Shown: positions 1 to 9,900, counted from the stretch's first letter. The stretch: 32,000 bases of DNA from Mycobacterium leprae TN (GCF_000195855.1 NC_002677.1:2370001-2402000), one strand, 5' to 3'. Numbers and translations: made by a program. The notes: a model not told the origin generated them from the letters alone.

Positions 1-2090
1 TTGAAGCGGTGCACCAGCCAGAAATGGATCAAGGTCATCAGTCGCTTCTGGCGAAGCTTTTCGGCGAAGGTGTTCTGGTCGCGCACTTGAAGGATGCTGC
101 GGCCGCGGCGATCCTTGATCGGATCAACGATGACGTTGGCCAGCTGCTCGTCACCGTTGCCGTAGATCCCGAGTTCGAGCACATCCGAGCCGGCGCGGCG
201 TGGCCGCAGTTGCACGCGGAGTTTCTCGCCAAGCTGGTAGTGCTCACTCCACAATGCCAGCCATTCCTCTAGCAGCTTCTTCGGCACCTCGGTCTGCACA
301 AGATGCTGGTGCTGGGTCGAACCTTTGCCCATGGCCTTGGTTGTCGCCGTACGTCCGGAGGACGCAGCCAGCGCTGCATCGCTACGCGGGCCGCCGACCA
401 GGGTCTGCGGTGTGCGGTAGGGCGATTCGACCAGGCGCATCTTGCGTTGCAACCGAGCCAACGCCAGCATGCCGTCCTGCCGCAGCGCGGTGGCGAACTC
501 CTCGGCAGCGACGCCGTCGATCTGATGTCCGCCATAGGTAATGAAGTTGAAGACGAAGCCCATTTTCCCAAGCTCTTCGGGAAAGCGCTTCATCTCCTCA
601 TCACTCATACCGGTGGTATCCCAGTTGAACGACGGCGAGAGATTGTAAGCCAGCATTTGCTCTGGGAACTCGGCGTGGATCGCCTCGGCGAACTGCCGGG
701 CGTCGGCCAAATCAGCGGTCTTGGTCTCCATCCAAAGGATGTCGGCGAACGGCGCTGCCGCTAACGACTTGGCTATCGCATACTGAATACCGCCGCGGAT
801 TTGGTAGTAGCCTTCTGGAGTCTTCGCCAGCTCGCAATCCCAACCGGGGTCGACACCCAATTCCTTGGCCTTTTCGCGTGCAGCGTACAGAGACGCCCGC
901 CCAACAAATCGCCGCCACTCCTCGGGGCTCATGCCGATCAGCTCGCCTTCGCTCTCGCCGAATTGGAGCATTTCTTCCACGGCTTCGCCGTAGGTCATCA
1001 GCCCGGCGTCCTTCTCCCAAGCGGCCAATAACCGATATTCAACTTGTTCGAAGAGATCGTCGATCGATTGCTTTCCGTTTTCCTGCCAAGCATTGACGGT
1101 ACCGGAGACCTGGGCCAGAATCCCTTGGCGATCAAGCCACGCGCTCGCAGCAGCATATTCGCCATCGCCTAACGCGTAGAGGAGATGGCCATGGAGTTCC
1201 TTAACTCCCAGCTCGTAGAAACACCGCACCAACGCCAGGAAACAAGCCTTGTAAGAAGGAATCTTCAGATTGGTGGCGCCCAGCAAGAACGGCTGGTCTC
1301 GCTCATCGGCGCGACTGTCGATCAAGTTGGCCGCCTCGGCATCTGTACGCGCGACGATGATGCCGGGCACCCGCATAATGTCGAGCTGGAAGCGGGCGGC
1401 GTTGAGGCGCTTGATTTGTTCGTCCGAAGGCACTAGAACCTTCCCGCCCTGATGGCCACACTTCTTGGTACCCGGGCGCTGGTCCTCGATGTGGTATCCT
1501 GGAACGCCGATCTCAACAAATCGGCGGATCAGGTTGCGTACGTGCGAGTCACCGCCATGTCCCGTGTCGGCGTCGGCGATGATGAATGGGCGGTAGTCAT
1601 ACGCCGGAGTGGCGGCACGCTGCTGTTCAGTCATGTGTAACCGCAGGTACTGCTGATTGCGGTCAGCAGCCAGCAGGGCGCGCACCAGTACCGCGGCATC
1701 ATCTGGCACCTGGCTCAGGGGGTAGCTGGCGAGATCAGGACCGGGATCTTCGGTGATGGAACCCTTAGCTGAGGTTGCCCAGCCGCCTAGATAGATCGCC
1801 TCGATGCCCATCCGCTTAAGGCTGACTGCTTGCCCTGGCGAATAGGGGCCGAACGTCGTAACGCTCTTGCCGGCCGCGAATAGCTCGCGCAAGCGAGCGT
1901 AGAAAGCTGTCGCGGCGTCTCGTGCCACGGTGTAATCGGTGGGGATGGTGCCGCGTTGTTCTACGACCTGGCGGGCTGTATAAAGGCGAATAATCCCGGC
2001 AAACCGTGGGTCGTCAAAGTATTGCTGCGTTGCGGCGACTTCCTGCGTAAACAGTGTGTGGACCTCGGTGTTCGTGTCCATGATGGCCAT
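1..2090 (-). CDS. aceA: Isocitrate lyase, long Icl2/AceA form. The first 696 codons are present and the 3' end lies beyond the left edge of the window.
   Basis: Found by reading the minus strand; it is missing from the ORF track because there is no stop in the window. ATG at 2090, with AAGGAGG 10 nt upstream (ctcctcctt at 2101-2109 on +). The translation begins [30 protein letters not shown]. The ICL signature [10 protein letters not shown] is encoded at ~1440-1469. The frame (codon starts = 2 mod 3) is still readable at nt 3-5 (..LVHRF). Confidence 0.9.
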
Positions 2091-3339
2091 GGGATTGCGC
2101 TCCTCCTTAGCCCGGTCCCCTAACGGAGAGTAGTGTAGTCTATCGTCCAGGTTAGTTGAGTTACATCGCTGGACGACCGTGGCCGGTATGCCTGCCAATC
2201 GACATCGGGGGCATTCCCGCGGACTACTCCATCACGTTGGTTGCCAGAGTGATAGGAAGGCGGGTTGCTAGACAACGACACCCGGACTGTTGATGCACCA
2301 ACGGTTCCCAATTTCCAGTGCTTAAAGTTTATAGACTCGACAAGCGCTAAGACGCACTGTCTGAGAACTGGTATTTTGAACGGCAACAACGGATTTCCAG
2401 TGGGTGTCAGTGCGCATGCGGCCAGCTGCACCCTGCTTTTCTCGCCAGGCAATGTTGCTGGCCGGTAGTCGGTGCGGTGCGCCATATCCACCTTCGAGGT
2501 TGGTCGGCTGCAACACTGGTCTGGAAGTCTCCTCTAGCACGGGTTTCGGCAACCATAAACACATGGGCTTCCTCTGTCCAGGCCGAACCAGAACATCATG
2601 TGGATGGCGCCTGCCATCGGCCGTGACATGAATGAAAAAATTTCCAAGGCGCAGGGCGCGCGCTACGCTGACTCGGAGTAGACTTCGTAGTTGATCGCCG
2701 GCAGTAGATTATCGCGAACGCGTGCCACCCAGGAACGACCACCCGGCAGTGAATGGCGCCGACGGGGCACCCACAGACCGCGACCGGCTTCGGTATAGGT
2801 ACAGACCCAGCACCTGCGTGAGAACCAGCGCTTCGCGACACTCCCACCCCAGCCCATCAAGCAGAATGCGGATTTCCGCAGTGTTCTCGACCTGACCCCC
2901 GTGACAGCCCAGCCCAAGCGGGTCGTCGAGATCGGCCACGTGCGCGGTTCGTGATCTGCTTGCGTTGTAGCAGATCTGATCAACGACTGCGCGGCGGGCA
3001 ATCGACAACAGCTGTCCGAGCCGTCGACCGTCCTGCGAAACAGGAGCAGGAAACAGAATGCCTACAGAAACGTTTCCTGGGTTAGGTCATCGGCGCTGTC
3101 GTAATCGGTAAAAATTGGTCACCATACGCCACACATCGCGCTGTGTGGCAGGGATCAGCTATGACAATGTGGCCCGATAGCCCTGTCCGGCAGGGTTTGG
3201 CGAACCGAGTAATATTGTCGTCATCTATCGACATGCATAGCGCGTAAGCCACGCGTCCCGGAAACTTGTGGATAGGTCGTGACGACCTTATTTCTGGGTA
3301 GAGTCTTCCAGGAAAATAGTGTGCAGGAGGTGAAAAGCT

Positions 3340-3426
3340 ATGATGTCGGTGACGACCACCGCAATTGGGGGAGAACCCTTTGCCTGTGCAGCGGATACAG
3401 CTGAACATCACCGGGATGTCCTGTAG
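3340..3426 (+). pseudogene. ctpA: Orphaned ancestral 5' end of ctpA: start codon plus a frame-scrambled HMA metal-binding loop
   Basis: AGGAGG at 3325-3330, then ATG at 3340 nine nt later. This frame reads MMSVTTTAIGGEPFACAADTAEHHRDVL and stops at TAG 3424-3426. The expected HMA text [14 protein letters not shown] lies in a second frame (GTG 3386 to agt 3425-3427). ACAKRVE lies in the third frame (3429-3449). Confidence 0.7.
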
Positions 3427-5727
3427 TTGCGTGCGCCAAACGGGTGGAATAACTTGCCCAACAAGCTGTCGGACTTTTCGACGTTAGTTAATTCCGCCAC
3501 CCGAGTGGCGGCGATTAACCTCAGCGAGGTCACCCAGACCGCTGAGGTATGTGAGGCGGTCCGTCGAGCAGCACTGTGCACAGATGGCGGTGAGGCCTTG
3601 CAACGCAGGCAAGCCGACGCCGATAACGCACGATATCTACTGATTCGGTTAGCGGTCGCTGCCGCACTCTTCGTGCCCCTAGCCCACCTGTCGGTGATGT
3701 TCGCTGTGCTGCCCAGCACCCACTTCCCCGGCTGGGAATGGATGCTGACCGCGCTGGCCATTCCGGTCGTGACTTGGGCGGCGTGGCCATTTCATCGAGT
3801 AGCGATACACAACGCACGCTATCACGGTGCTTCCATGGAGACACTCATCTCGACCGGGATCACCGCCGCCACGATATGGTCGCTCTACACCGTGTTCGGC
3901 CATCACCAGTCCACAGAGCACCGCGGCGTTTGGCGGGCACTGCTGGGCAGCGACGCCATCTACTTCGAAGTCGCCGCAGGCATCACGGTATTCGTGCTGG
4001 CAGGTAAGTATTATACGGCTCGTGCCAAGTCACACGCGAGCATTGCGCTGCTGGCCCTGGCAGCGCTGAGCGCCAAGGACGCCGCTGTTCTGCAGCCTGA
4101 CGGTTCAGAAATGGTCATTCCGGCCAACGAACTCAATGAGCAGCAGCGTTTCGTGGTGCGCCCCGGGCAAACGATCGCCGCAGACGGGCTAGTCATCGAC
4201 GGGTCGGCCACCGTCAGCATGAGCCCGATCACCGGAGAAGCCAAGCCAGTCCGGGTGAACCCAGGCGCACAAGTCATCGGTGGCACCGTGGTGCTTAATG
4301 GGAGGCTGATTGTGGAGGCCGCCGCAGTAGGTGACGAGACACAGCTCGCCGGCATGGTCCGTCTGGTCGAGCAGGCACAACAACAGAATGCCAACGCCCA
4401 GCGGCTGGCTGACCGCATCGCTTCAGTTTTTGTACCCTGCGTGTTCGCTGTCGCGGCCTTGACCGCTGTTGGATGGCTGATCGCCGGGAGCGGACCCGAC
4501 CGAGTGTTCTCGGCCGCAATTGCCGTTCTCGTCATCGCTTGCCCGTGCGCACTGGGACTGGCGACCCCTACCGCCATGATGGTGGCCTCCGGCCGCGGCG
4601 CCCAACTGGGAATATTACTCAAGGGCCATGAGTCGTTCGAGGCCACCCGCGCTGTGGACACTGTCGTGTTCGACAAGACCGGTACGCTGACAACGGGCCA
4701 ATTGAAGGTCAGCGCTGTGACAGCTGCACCGGGCTGGCAGGCTAACGAAGTCCTCCAAATGGCGGCGACAGTTGAATCGGCGTCCGAGCACGCCGTCGCG
4801 CTCGCGATCGCCGCGTCAACGACTCATCGAGAACCAGTCGCCAACTTCCGTGCAGTACCCGGCCACGGAGTCAGCGGCACCGTGGCCGAGCGGGCAGTGC
4901 GGGTTGGCAAACCATCATGGATCGCTTCGCGGTGCAACTCGACCACGCTAGTCACGGCCCGACGTAACGCCGAATTGCGCGGCGAAACAGCGGTTTTTGT
5001 CGAAATCGACGGTGAACAATGCGGTGTCATCGCGGTCGCCGACGCCGTGAAAGCTTCGGCGGCAGACGCTGTCGCCGCACTCCACGATCGTGGTTTTCGG
5101 ACCGCGTTGTTGACCGGCGACAATCCAGCATCAGCGGCCGCTGTGGCTTCCCGTATAGGTATCGACGAGGTGATCGCCGACATCCTACCCGAAGACAAGG
5201 TCGACGTTATTGAGCAGCTGCGCGACCGCGGGCACGTGGTTGCCATGGTCGGTGACGGCATCAACGACGGGCCTGCACTCGCACGCGCCGATCTCGGTAT
5301 GGCCATCGGCCGTGGGACCGACGTCGCGATTGGTGCCGCCGACATCATCTTGGTCCGCGACAATCTCGACGTCGTACCCATAACACTCGACCTGGCCGCT
5401 GCAACGATGCGCACTATCAAATTCAACATGGTATGGGCATTCGGCTACAACATAGCCGCCATACCAATTGCCGCCGCTGGATTGCTCAACCCACTAGTAG
5501 CCGGTGCGGCCATGGCGTTCTCATCGTTTTTTGTCGTCTCAAACAGCCTGCGATTGCGGAACTTCGGGGCCATACTGAGCTGCGGCACTAGTCGGCATCG
5601 GACAGTCAAACGATGGCGTTGTCCACCGCCCACTCGGCTCCGTTCAACTGCGTGTAGTCCTGTGGACGCTTCCCCATTGCGACCCGTCGCACACAGGACG
5701 GGGGTTAAACCGCCGACCCATCGGTAG
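3427..5727 (+). CDS. ctpA: P1B-type (copper-family) cation-transporting ATPase CtpA. The catalytic core is intact and the N-terminal HMA domain is disrupted upstream.
   Basis: 766-codon ORF beginning at TTG directly after a TAG. Motifs read in the translation: ITGEAKP (TGE), [11 protein letters not shown] (CPC), FDKTGTLT (DKTGT), [18 protein letters not shown]. Collinear by eye with M. tuberculosis CtpA (Rv0092). Confidence 0.85.
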   Translation: MRAPNGWNNLPNKLSDFSTLVNSATRVAAINLSEVTQTAEVCEAVRRAALCTDGGEALQRRQADADNARYLLIRLAVAAALFVPLAHLSVMFAVLPSTHFPGWEWMLTALAIPVVTWAAWPFHRVAIHNARYHGASMETLISTGITAATIWSLYTVFGHHQSTEHRGVWRALLGSDAIYFEVAAGITVFVLAGKYYTARAKSHASIALLALAALSAKDAAVLQPDGSEMVIPANELNEQQRFVVRPGQTIAADGLVIDGSATVSMSPITGEAKPVRVNPGAQVIGGTVVLNGRLIVEAAAVGDETQLAGMVRLVEQAQQQNANAQRLADRIASVFVPCVFAVAALTAVGWLIAGSGPDRVFSAAIAVLVIACPCALGLATPTAMMVASGRGAQLGILLKGHESFEATRAVDTVVFDKTGTLTTGQLKVSAVTAAPGWQANEVLQMAATVESASEHAVALAIAASTTHREPVANFRAVPGHGVSGTVAERAVRVGKPSWIASRCNSTTLVTARRNAELRGETAVFVEIDGEQCGVIAVADAVKASAADAVAALHDRGFRTALLTGDNPASAAAVASRIGIDEVIADILPEDKVDVIEQLRDRGHVVAMVGDGINDGPALARADLGMAIGRGTDVAIGAADIILVRDNLDVVPITLDLAAATMRTIKFNMVWAFGYNIAAIPIAAAGLLNPLVAGAAMAFSSFFVVSNSLRLRNFGAILSCGTSRHRTVKRWRCPPPTRLRSTACSPVDASPLRPVAHRTGVKPPTHR

Positions 5728-6478
5728 GCCATAGATGACCGCGTCGTCGCCCACGAGAGGCGTTCCGGGGCAACACAATATCGAGATCGACGTCGACTTC
5801 ATCATCGAATGTCGGCCGTGGAGTCGAACTGTGTCGCCACACTGCGATAGCAAGGACCGCACCGATCGCCACCGGCAGATGCATCAGAATTCGCAGCGTG
5901 ATGGTGGCACCGGCGACTACATCTACGACGACGTAGACTGTCAACAAACCGACGAACACCGTCAAAACGCCCGCAAGCCCGGCAGCGACACCCGGCCACA
6001 GAACCGCTGCCATCATGATCACACCGAGCGAAGCCGACCACGCCGTTGACTCGTGGAGCAGGTAACTCCCGAAACTCATCGCGCGATCGTGTGTCAGTCC
6101 GACGCTTACGCCGAGCCCCTGCACAGTTGCCAGGACGATTTGTGCGATGCCCACGCAAAGCAACGCCCAGCGCTGCCACGTCATTAATGGACGTCGCCGC
6201 CGCGGCGGCGCCACGATCCCGAGAGCATCAACAGGTGTGATAGCAGGCCGGGAGTCGACCAGCTGACGCAGGTCGCGTGCTTGGTCAGCTACCTGATCAA
6301 ACCACGCACGACACGCACTGCACTCACCAAGGTGCTCATCGACACGCACCGATGGCACGGCCTCTCTCTCGCCATCAAGTCGGGCCGACAATGCTTCTCG
6401 GGCCACCTCGCAATCCATACCCCTATCGTCGCGCATACGCCAACGGAATGTCCTGTCGGTGCTCATGTCGACGCGCAA
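5705..6478 (-). CDS. Polytopic membrane protein with an N-terminal zf-HC2 (anti-sigma-factor type) zinc finger; Rv0093c-like
   Basis: 257-aa ORF. The N-terminus reads [31 protein letters not shown], which carries H-x3-C-x2-C. Several hydrophobic helices follow ([50 protein letters not shown]). The true start is probably the ATG at 6418 rather than the TTG at 6478. The 3' end overlaps the ctpA 3' end by 23 nt. Confidence 0.65.
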   Translation of the reverse strand: MRVDMSTDRTFRWRMRDDRGMDCEVAREALSARLDGEREAVPSVRVDEHLGECSACRAWFDQVADQARDLRQLVDSRPAITPVDALGIVAPPRRRRPLMTWQRWALLCVGIAQIVLATVQGLGVSVGLTHDRAMSFGSYLLHESTAWSASLGVIMMAAVLWPGVAAGLAGVLTVFVGLLTVYVVVDVVAGATITLRILMHLPVAIGAVLAIAVWRHSSTPRPTFDDEVDVDLDIVLPRNASRGRRRGHLWPTDGSAV

Positions 6479-7310
6479 GATGCTAATGAGACGGCAGGAG
6501 CGTTCCGCCGAATTTCATTCGGCCTAATCCCCGAATCGTCGGTTGAAGTGACTGCTCACCCCGGACTGATGCTCACCACCGCATCCACTGCGATTGCACC
6601 GACCATACCAGCGTAATCACATCCATAGGCCAAAACCACCATCGTGCCGGTAGCACCAGATCCAATTCCACCTGGGGTCGTGCTGTGCTAGTTAGGTCAT
6701 TATGTTGCGACAGTTGAATAGGCAACGTCGACAACTATATTTTTAGCTTTATTCCAATGGTCGACAAATTTACGTAATTTGTGGATTTCGTCGAGTAGAT
6801 CTCTGGCTGCGGATTGCTGTGCAGCAAATCGTCGGATGGGCTGTTGCTGGTGGTTTTCGCTGACCATACCAACGCGAGCCTAACCATTTGTTGAAGCAGC
6901 AGATTGCCGTCAGCTGCGCGGATAGCAGCTTCGTTTTGATGGCCAGCGTAGCGGAACAGAATCAGGATGCAGTCGCGAATCGCTACGACGGTCCGGTGCA
7001 AGTAAACGTCGGGAGCGATTGCTCGCCAGATTGCCATACTCCCAGATAAACGATCTCCGAACAAGCAGTCGCCAAATCGCGCCACAGCGGCAGCAATCTG
7101 CGGCGCTGGAGGGAGAATCTGTCGAGAAGCAGTTCCTCAAGTAGCCGTGTGTATGCGGAAACAACTATGGACTCTCCCACCCCTGTGGGGGGTAGAACAG
7201 CAAGCTCCATGCGTTGACGAATCCGACAGTGTCAACATTAAAATTAATAGTGTTGTGTCGTCCGGTTGCTACTACATTGGTAGCAATGGAAACCGCTGCG
7301 GCCTGTGCGA

Positions 7311-7361
7311 GAAATCCGACAGCGATAACTGTCATGCTGACAGTTATCGCTGTCGGATTTC
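7311..7361. repeat. Perfect inverted repeat with 24-bp arms and a 3-nt spacer
   Basis: GAAATCCGACAGCGATAACTGTCA (7311-7334), tgc, TGACAGTTATCGCTGTCGGATTTC (7338-7361). The arms are exact reverse complements. A related motif, ATCCGACAGTGTCAAC, occurs at ~7221-7236. Confidence 0.9.
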
Positions 7362-8487
7362 TGTATATTTCTCGAATGCATAGAATGAAAAGCATTACGG
7401 AAAACAAATATCAGAGGAGCGAGTTGTAGGAGATCGCCGCCTTCACAGTGGCTTCCGATGAACTGGAACATGAATTCTGGCCTAGCCTAGCTGGATGGCT
7501 GGATACGCCACATTACGATCACGCATCCCACTGCAAAATTAGATCGACGATTGTGCTCACAGTCACGGTAGAATAAGTTAACAAGCTCACCTTAGTTAGA
7601 TAACGAGACATCGGATCGCTTGAGCCAAATGTACGCCACGAGAAAAAGGATGTCGCGGTCGAACATTGCTGCGAGTTCGCCGCGTGCATATAGCAGCTTA
7701 GGTCTATAGCCGTGACAGCGACCAATTGATGATTGCCGTCTATACTGCTCGGTTTTGAAGAGCACAGCTTGCCACCACAAACTCAGCAAGCTATTGAGCC
7801 GTTTGTCCTTCACAATCAAATTCAGTAGCGCAAATCGCAGAATCAAAGAAATGAGCAAAAAATAAAAGAAATACGCTCAACAACAAAGCGGCAATCGCTG
7901 AATTCGTGCCACCTGTAATTGTGGCTCGGCATGCGATTTAACGTGTGAAGTAGTGTAGCACGGTCGATAGCAGATAGCAACCCCTAGGGTCGACGCTGCA
8001 TCACCAGAATCAAGACCAGTAGGGTGTTCAAGCAACGGGTGCCCGAGGCCGCGCAAAATGAGCAAAGTGATTTGTTGAACATGGCAATCCAAAGTGGAGT
8101 TAGTTGCGTCCGCGAGGCGACGGTCTCCAACGAGTTCTGCCGACTCCAGTTGCTAGACGCACAGGTGCAGCCGCACCCTGGCCGGTGTTTTCATCGATCT
8201 ACTTTAAGACTTTAGGCCGGGAATGCGCTGGCGCCTCAGGCTGCCCCCGCCCAGCTGCGGCGACTGAGCGTTATCAATATCAGCCGCAGCCATAGGTCGA
8301 TGGCGAGTGTCAGCGCGCCCCCGCAGACAATCGAGTGCTGGGCATCACATACGTTATTCCTAGGCAGGGGGAACTTTTTGCGCGCTTTCGCCGACCAACA
8401 CCGGGAAGTGACGGCAAAGCCATGCTTTGAGTGCATACAGTCGAGCGCTCTACACCCATGAAAGGAGGTGAAGCTCTGACAGGCCCG

Positions 8488-9900
8488 ATGTGGATGGCCA
8501 TACCTCCGGAGGTGCACTCGGTTCTGTTAAGTGCTGGACAGGGGGCTGAATCATTGCTTGTTGCCGCTACTCAGTGGCAGGAGCTTAGCAAACAATACAC
8601 TTACGCAGCTGCCGAGCTGACTCGGCTGCTGACTCATGTTCAGGCCACCAGCTGGCGGGGAACCAGCGCCACACGGTTTGTGGCGGCGCATGGTGCCTAT
8701 CTGGTCTGGCTCGAACAAACTTCAATCAACAACGCAATCACCGCTAAACAGCATGAAATCGCGGCAATCGCTTACAGCAGCGCGCTAGCCGCCATGCCCA
8801 CGTTGGCAGAACTTACCGCTAACCGCGCAACTCGTGGTTTCTTGATTGCCACCAACTTCTTCGGCATCAATACCATTCCCATTGCCCTCAACGAAGCCGA
8901 CTACGTTCGGATGTGGGTGCAAGCCGCCGACACTATGGCGACCTACCAGGCCATCAGCGAGGCGGTGACGGCAACAATACTACCTACCCAAGTAGCGCCA
9001 CCTATCCTTGCGCCGGGCAGCGCAACCCAAAACGTCCTGCAGTCCGTACCGGATTGGATTGTTCAACTACTGACGGACATCTTGGATTTTATCGCAGATC
9101 CATACAAATATTTTCTAAGATTTTTCCAACGATTGGGATTCAGACCCGCTATTGCTGTTGTCCTTGCCATTATTGCTTTGCAATTGTACGACTTTCTTTG
9201 GTATCCCTATTATGCCTCGTACGGAATGCTCTTGCTTCCCTTTTTCGCGCCGGCATTGAGCGTCCTGGGTACACTGTCCGTGTTGTGGAACGGACAGCTT
9301 TCAGCCGGACTGCCTCCCAATCCCGCAGGATCTCACCCAGACAATAACGCTGGCCCACGCATCCACGTTGGAGTCGCGCCACCTGCCTCGGCTACTTCCA
9401 GTGGAAACTCATACACGAGCAACTCCGCACCCAGCACATCCGCATCGGCTACGACTGACAACCCCCTATCTTCACCCAGCATCAGATACGCCATACCCGG
9501 CTTGTCGCCACCAGAGGTCAGCTCTGGCCCCAAAGCCGGCACAAAGTCACCTGACACTGCCACCAACACGATCGGGATCACTGCCGCGGCAAGAACAAAC
9601 TCGCCTTCCGCCCGGGCGCACCGTAAACGAGGAAACAAGACCAGAGGTGGCGCACGCGGTTACCGTTACGAATTCGTTGAAGGAACCGCCACCATGGCCG
9701 ATACTGTCGACGCCCCCGACCACTCCGAACCCACGTCGCACACAATAAGTAACCACAGCGCCGGCCCCATCGGCTTTGCCGGCACCGTGCCGACAACCGC
9801 CAGCACTCCCACCGGAATGGCTGCCAGTACAAGCAGTAGCGTCCCACTGCTCCCCACTACCTGGATAACTGGCACCAGCGAAACGGCAGTACACGAATAG
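8488..9900 (+). CDS. PPE-family protein; PPE1/Rv0096 orthologue and first gene of the operon
   Basis: The ORF is open from 8431. The PPE N-terminus MWMAIPPEVHSVLLSAGQG starts at ATG 8488 (or 8494). It has a conserved ~180-aa PPE domain (..NFFGINTIPIALNEADYVRMWVQAA..), then a hydrophobic hairpin and a Ser/Pro/Thr-rich tail. Confidence 0.85.
   Translation: MWMAIPPEVHSVLLSAGQGAESLLVAATQWQELSKQYTYAAAELTRLLTHVQATSWRGTSATRFVAAHGAYLVWLEQTSINNAITAKQHEIAAIAYSSALAAMPTLAELTANRATRGFLIATNFFGINTIPIALNEADYVRMWVQAADTMATYQAISEAVTATILPTQVAPPILAPGSATQNVLQSVPDWIVQLLTDILDFIADPYKYFLRFFQRLGFRPAIAVVLAIIALQLYDFLWYPYYASYGMLLLPFFAPALSVLGTLSVLWNGQLSAGLPPNPAGSHPDNNAGPRIHVGVAPPASATSSGNSYTSNSAPSTSASATTDNPLSSPSIRYAIPGLSPPEVSSGPKAGTKSPDTATNTIGITAAARTNSPSARAHRKRGNKTRGGARGYRYEFVEGTATMADTVDAPDHSEPTSHTISNHSAGPIGFAGTVPTTASTPTGMAASTSSSVPLLPTTWITGTSETAVHE

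Noticed and set aside
9-1640. Plus-strand and off-frame ORFs listed by the track over the aceA region
   Set aside because: All overlap the continuous 696-codon aceA reading frame on the minus strand, and their translations are Arg/Pro-rich nonsense.
2120-3330. Possible gene relics between aceA and ctpA. Minus-strand fragments such as YTEAGRGLWVP.. and HVADLDDPLGLG hinted at a GNAT-like or glyoxalase-like gene.
   Set aside because: The similarity is too weak and fragmentary to name a family by eye. No frame stays open for more than about 120 codons. I left it unannotated; it needs a frameshift-tolerant database search.
4011-5429. Long antisense ORFs inside ctpA (4011-4676 and 4824-5429). Similar ones occur inside nrp (14906-15505, 16163-16807), the Rv0102-like gene (19317-19772) and ctpB (22620-22949).
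   Set aside because: Their composition is low-complexity and Ser/Arg/Ala/Pro-rich. They lack recognisable motifs and lie exactly opposite strongly supported genes. These are typical shadow ORFs of high-GC coding DNA.
6676-6700. IdeR-box-like strings: TTAGGTCATTATGTTGCGA at ~6682, and TAGGCTAAC at ~20447-20455
   Set aside because: Each matches only about 10 of 19 positions of the TTAGGTTAGGCTAACCTAA consensus when aligned by hand, and the second half-site is missing.
8913-9748. Alternative-frame ORFs inside the PPE gene (8913-9347, 9368-9748 +; 9333-9969 -)
   Set aside because: They overlap the well-supported PPE frame. Their translations are Pro/Arg/Thr-rich with no motifs.
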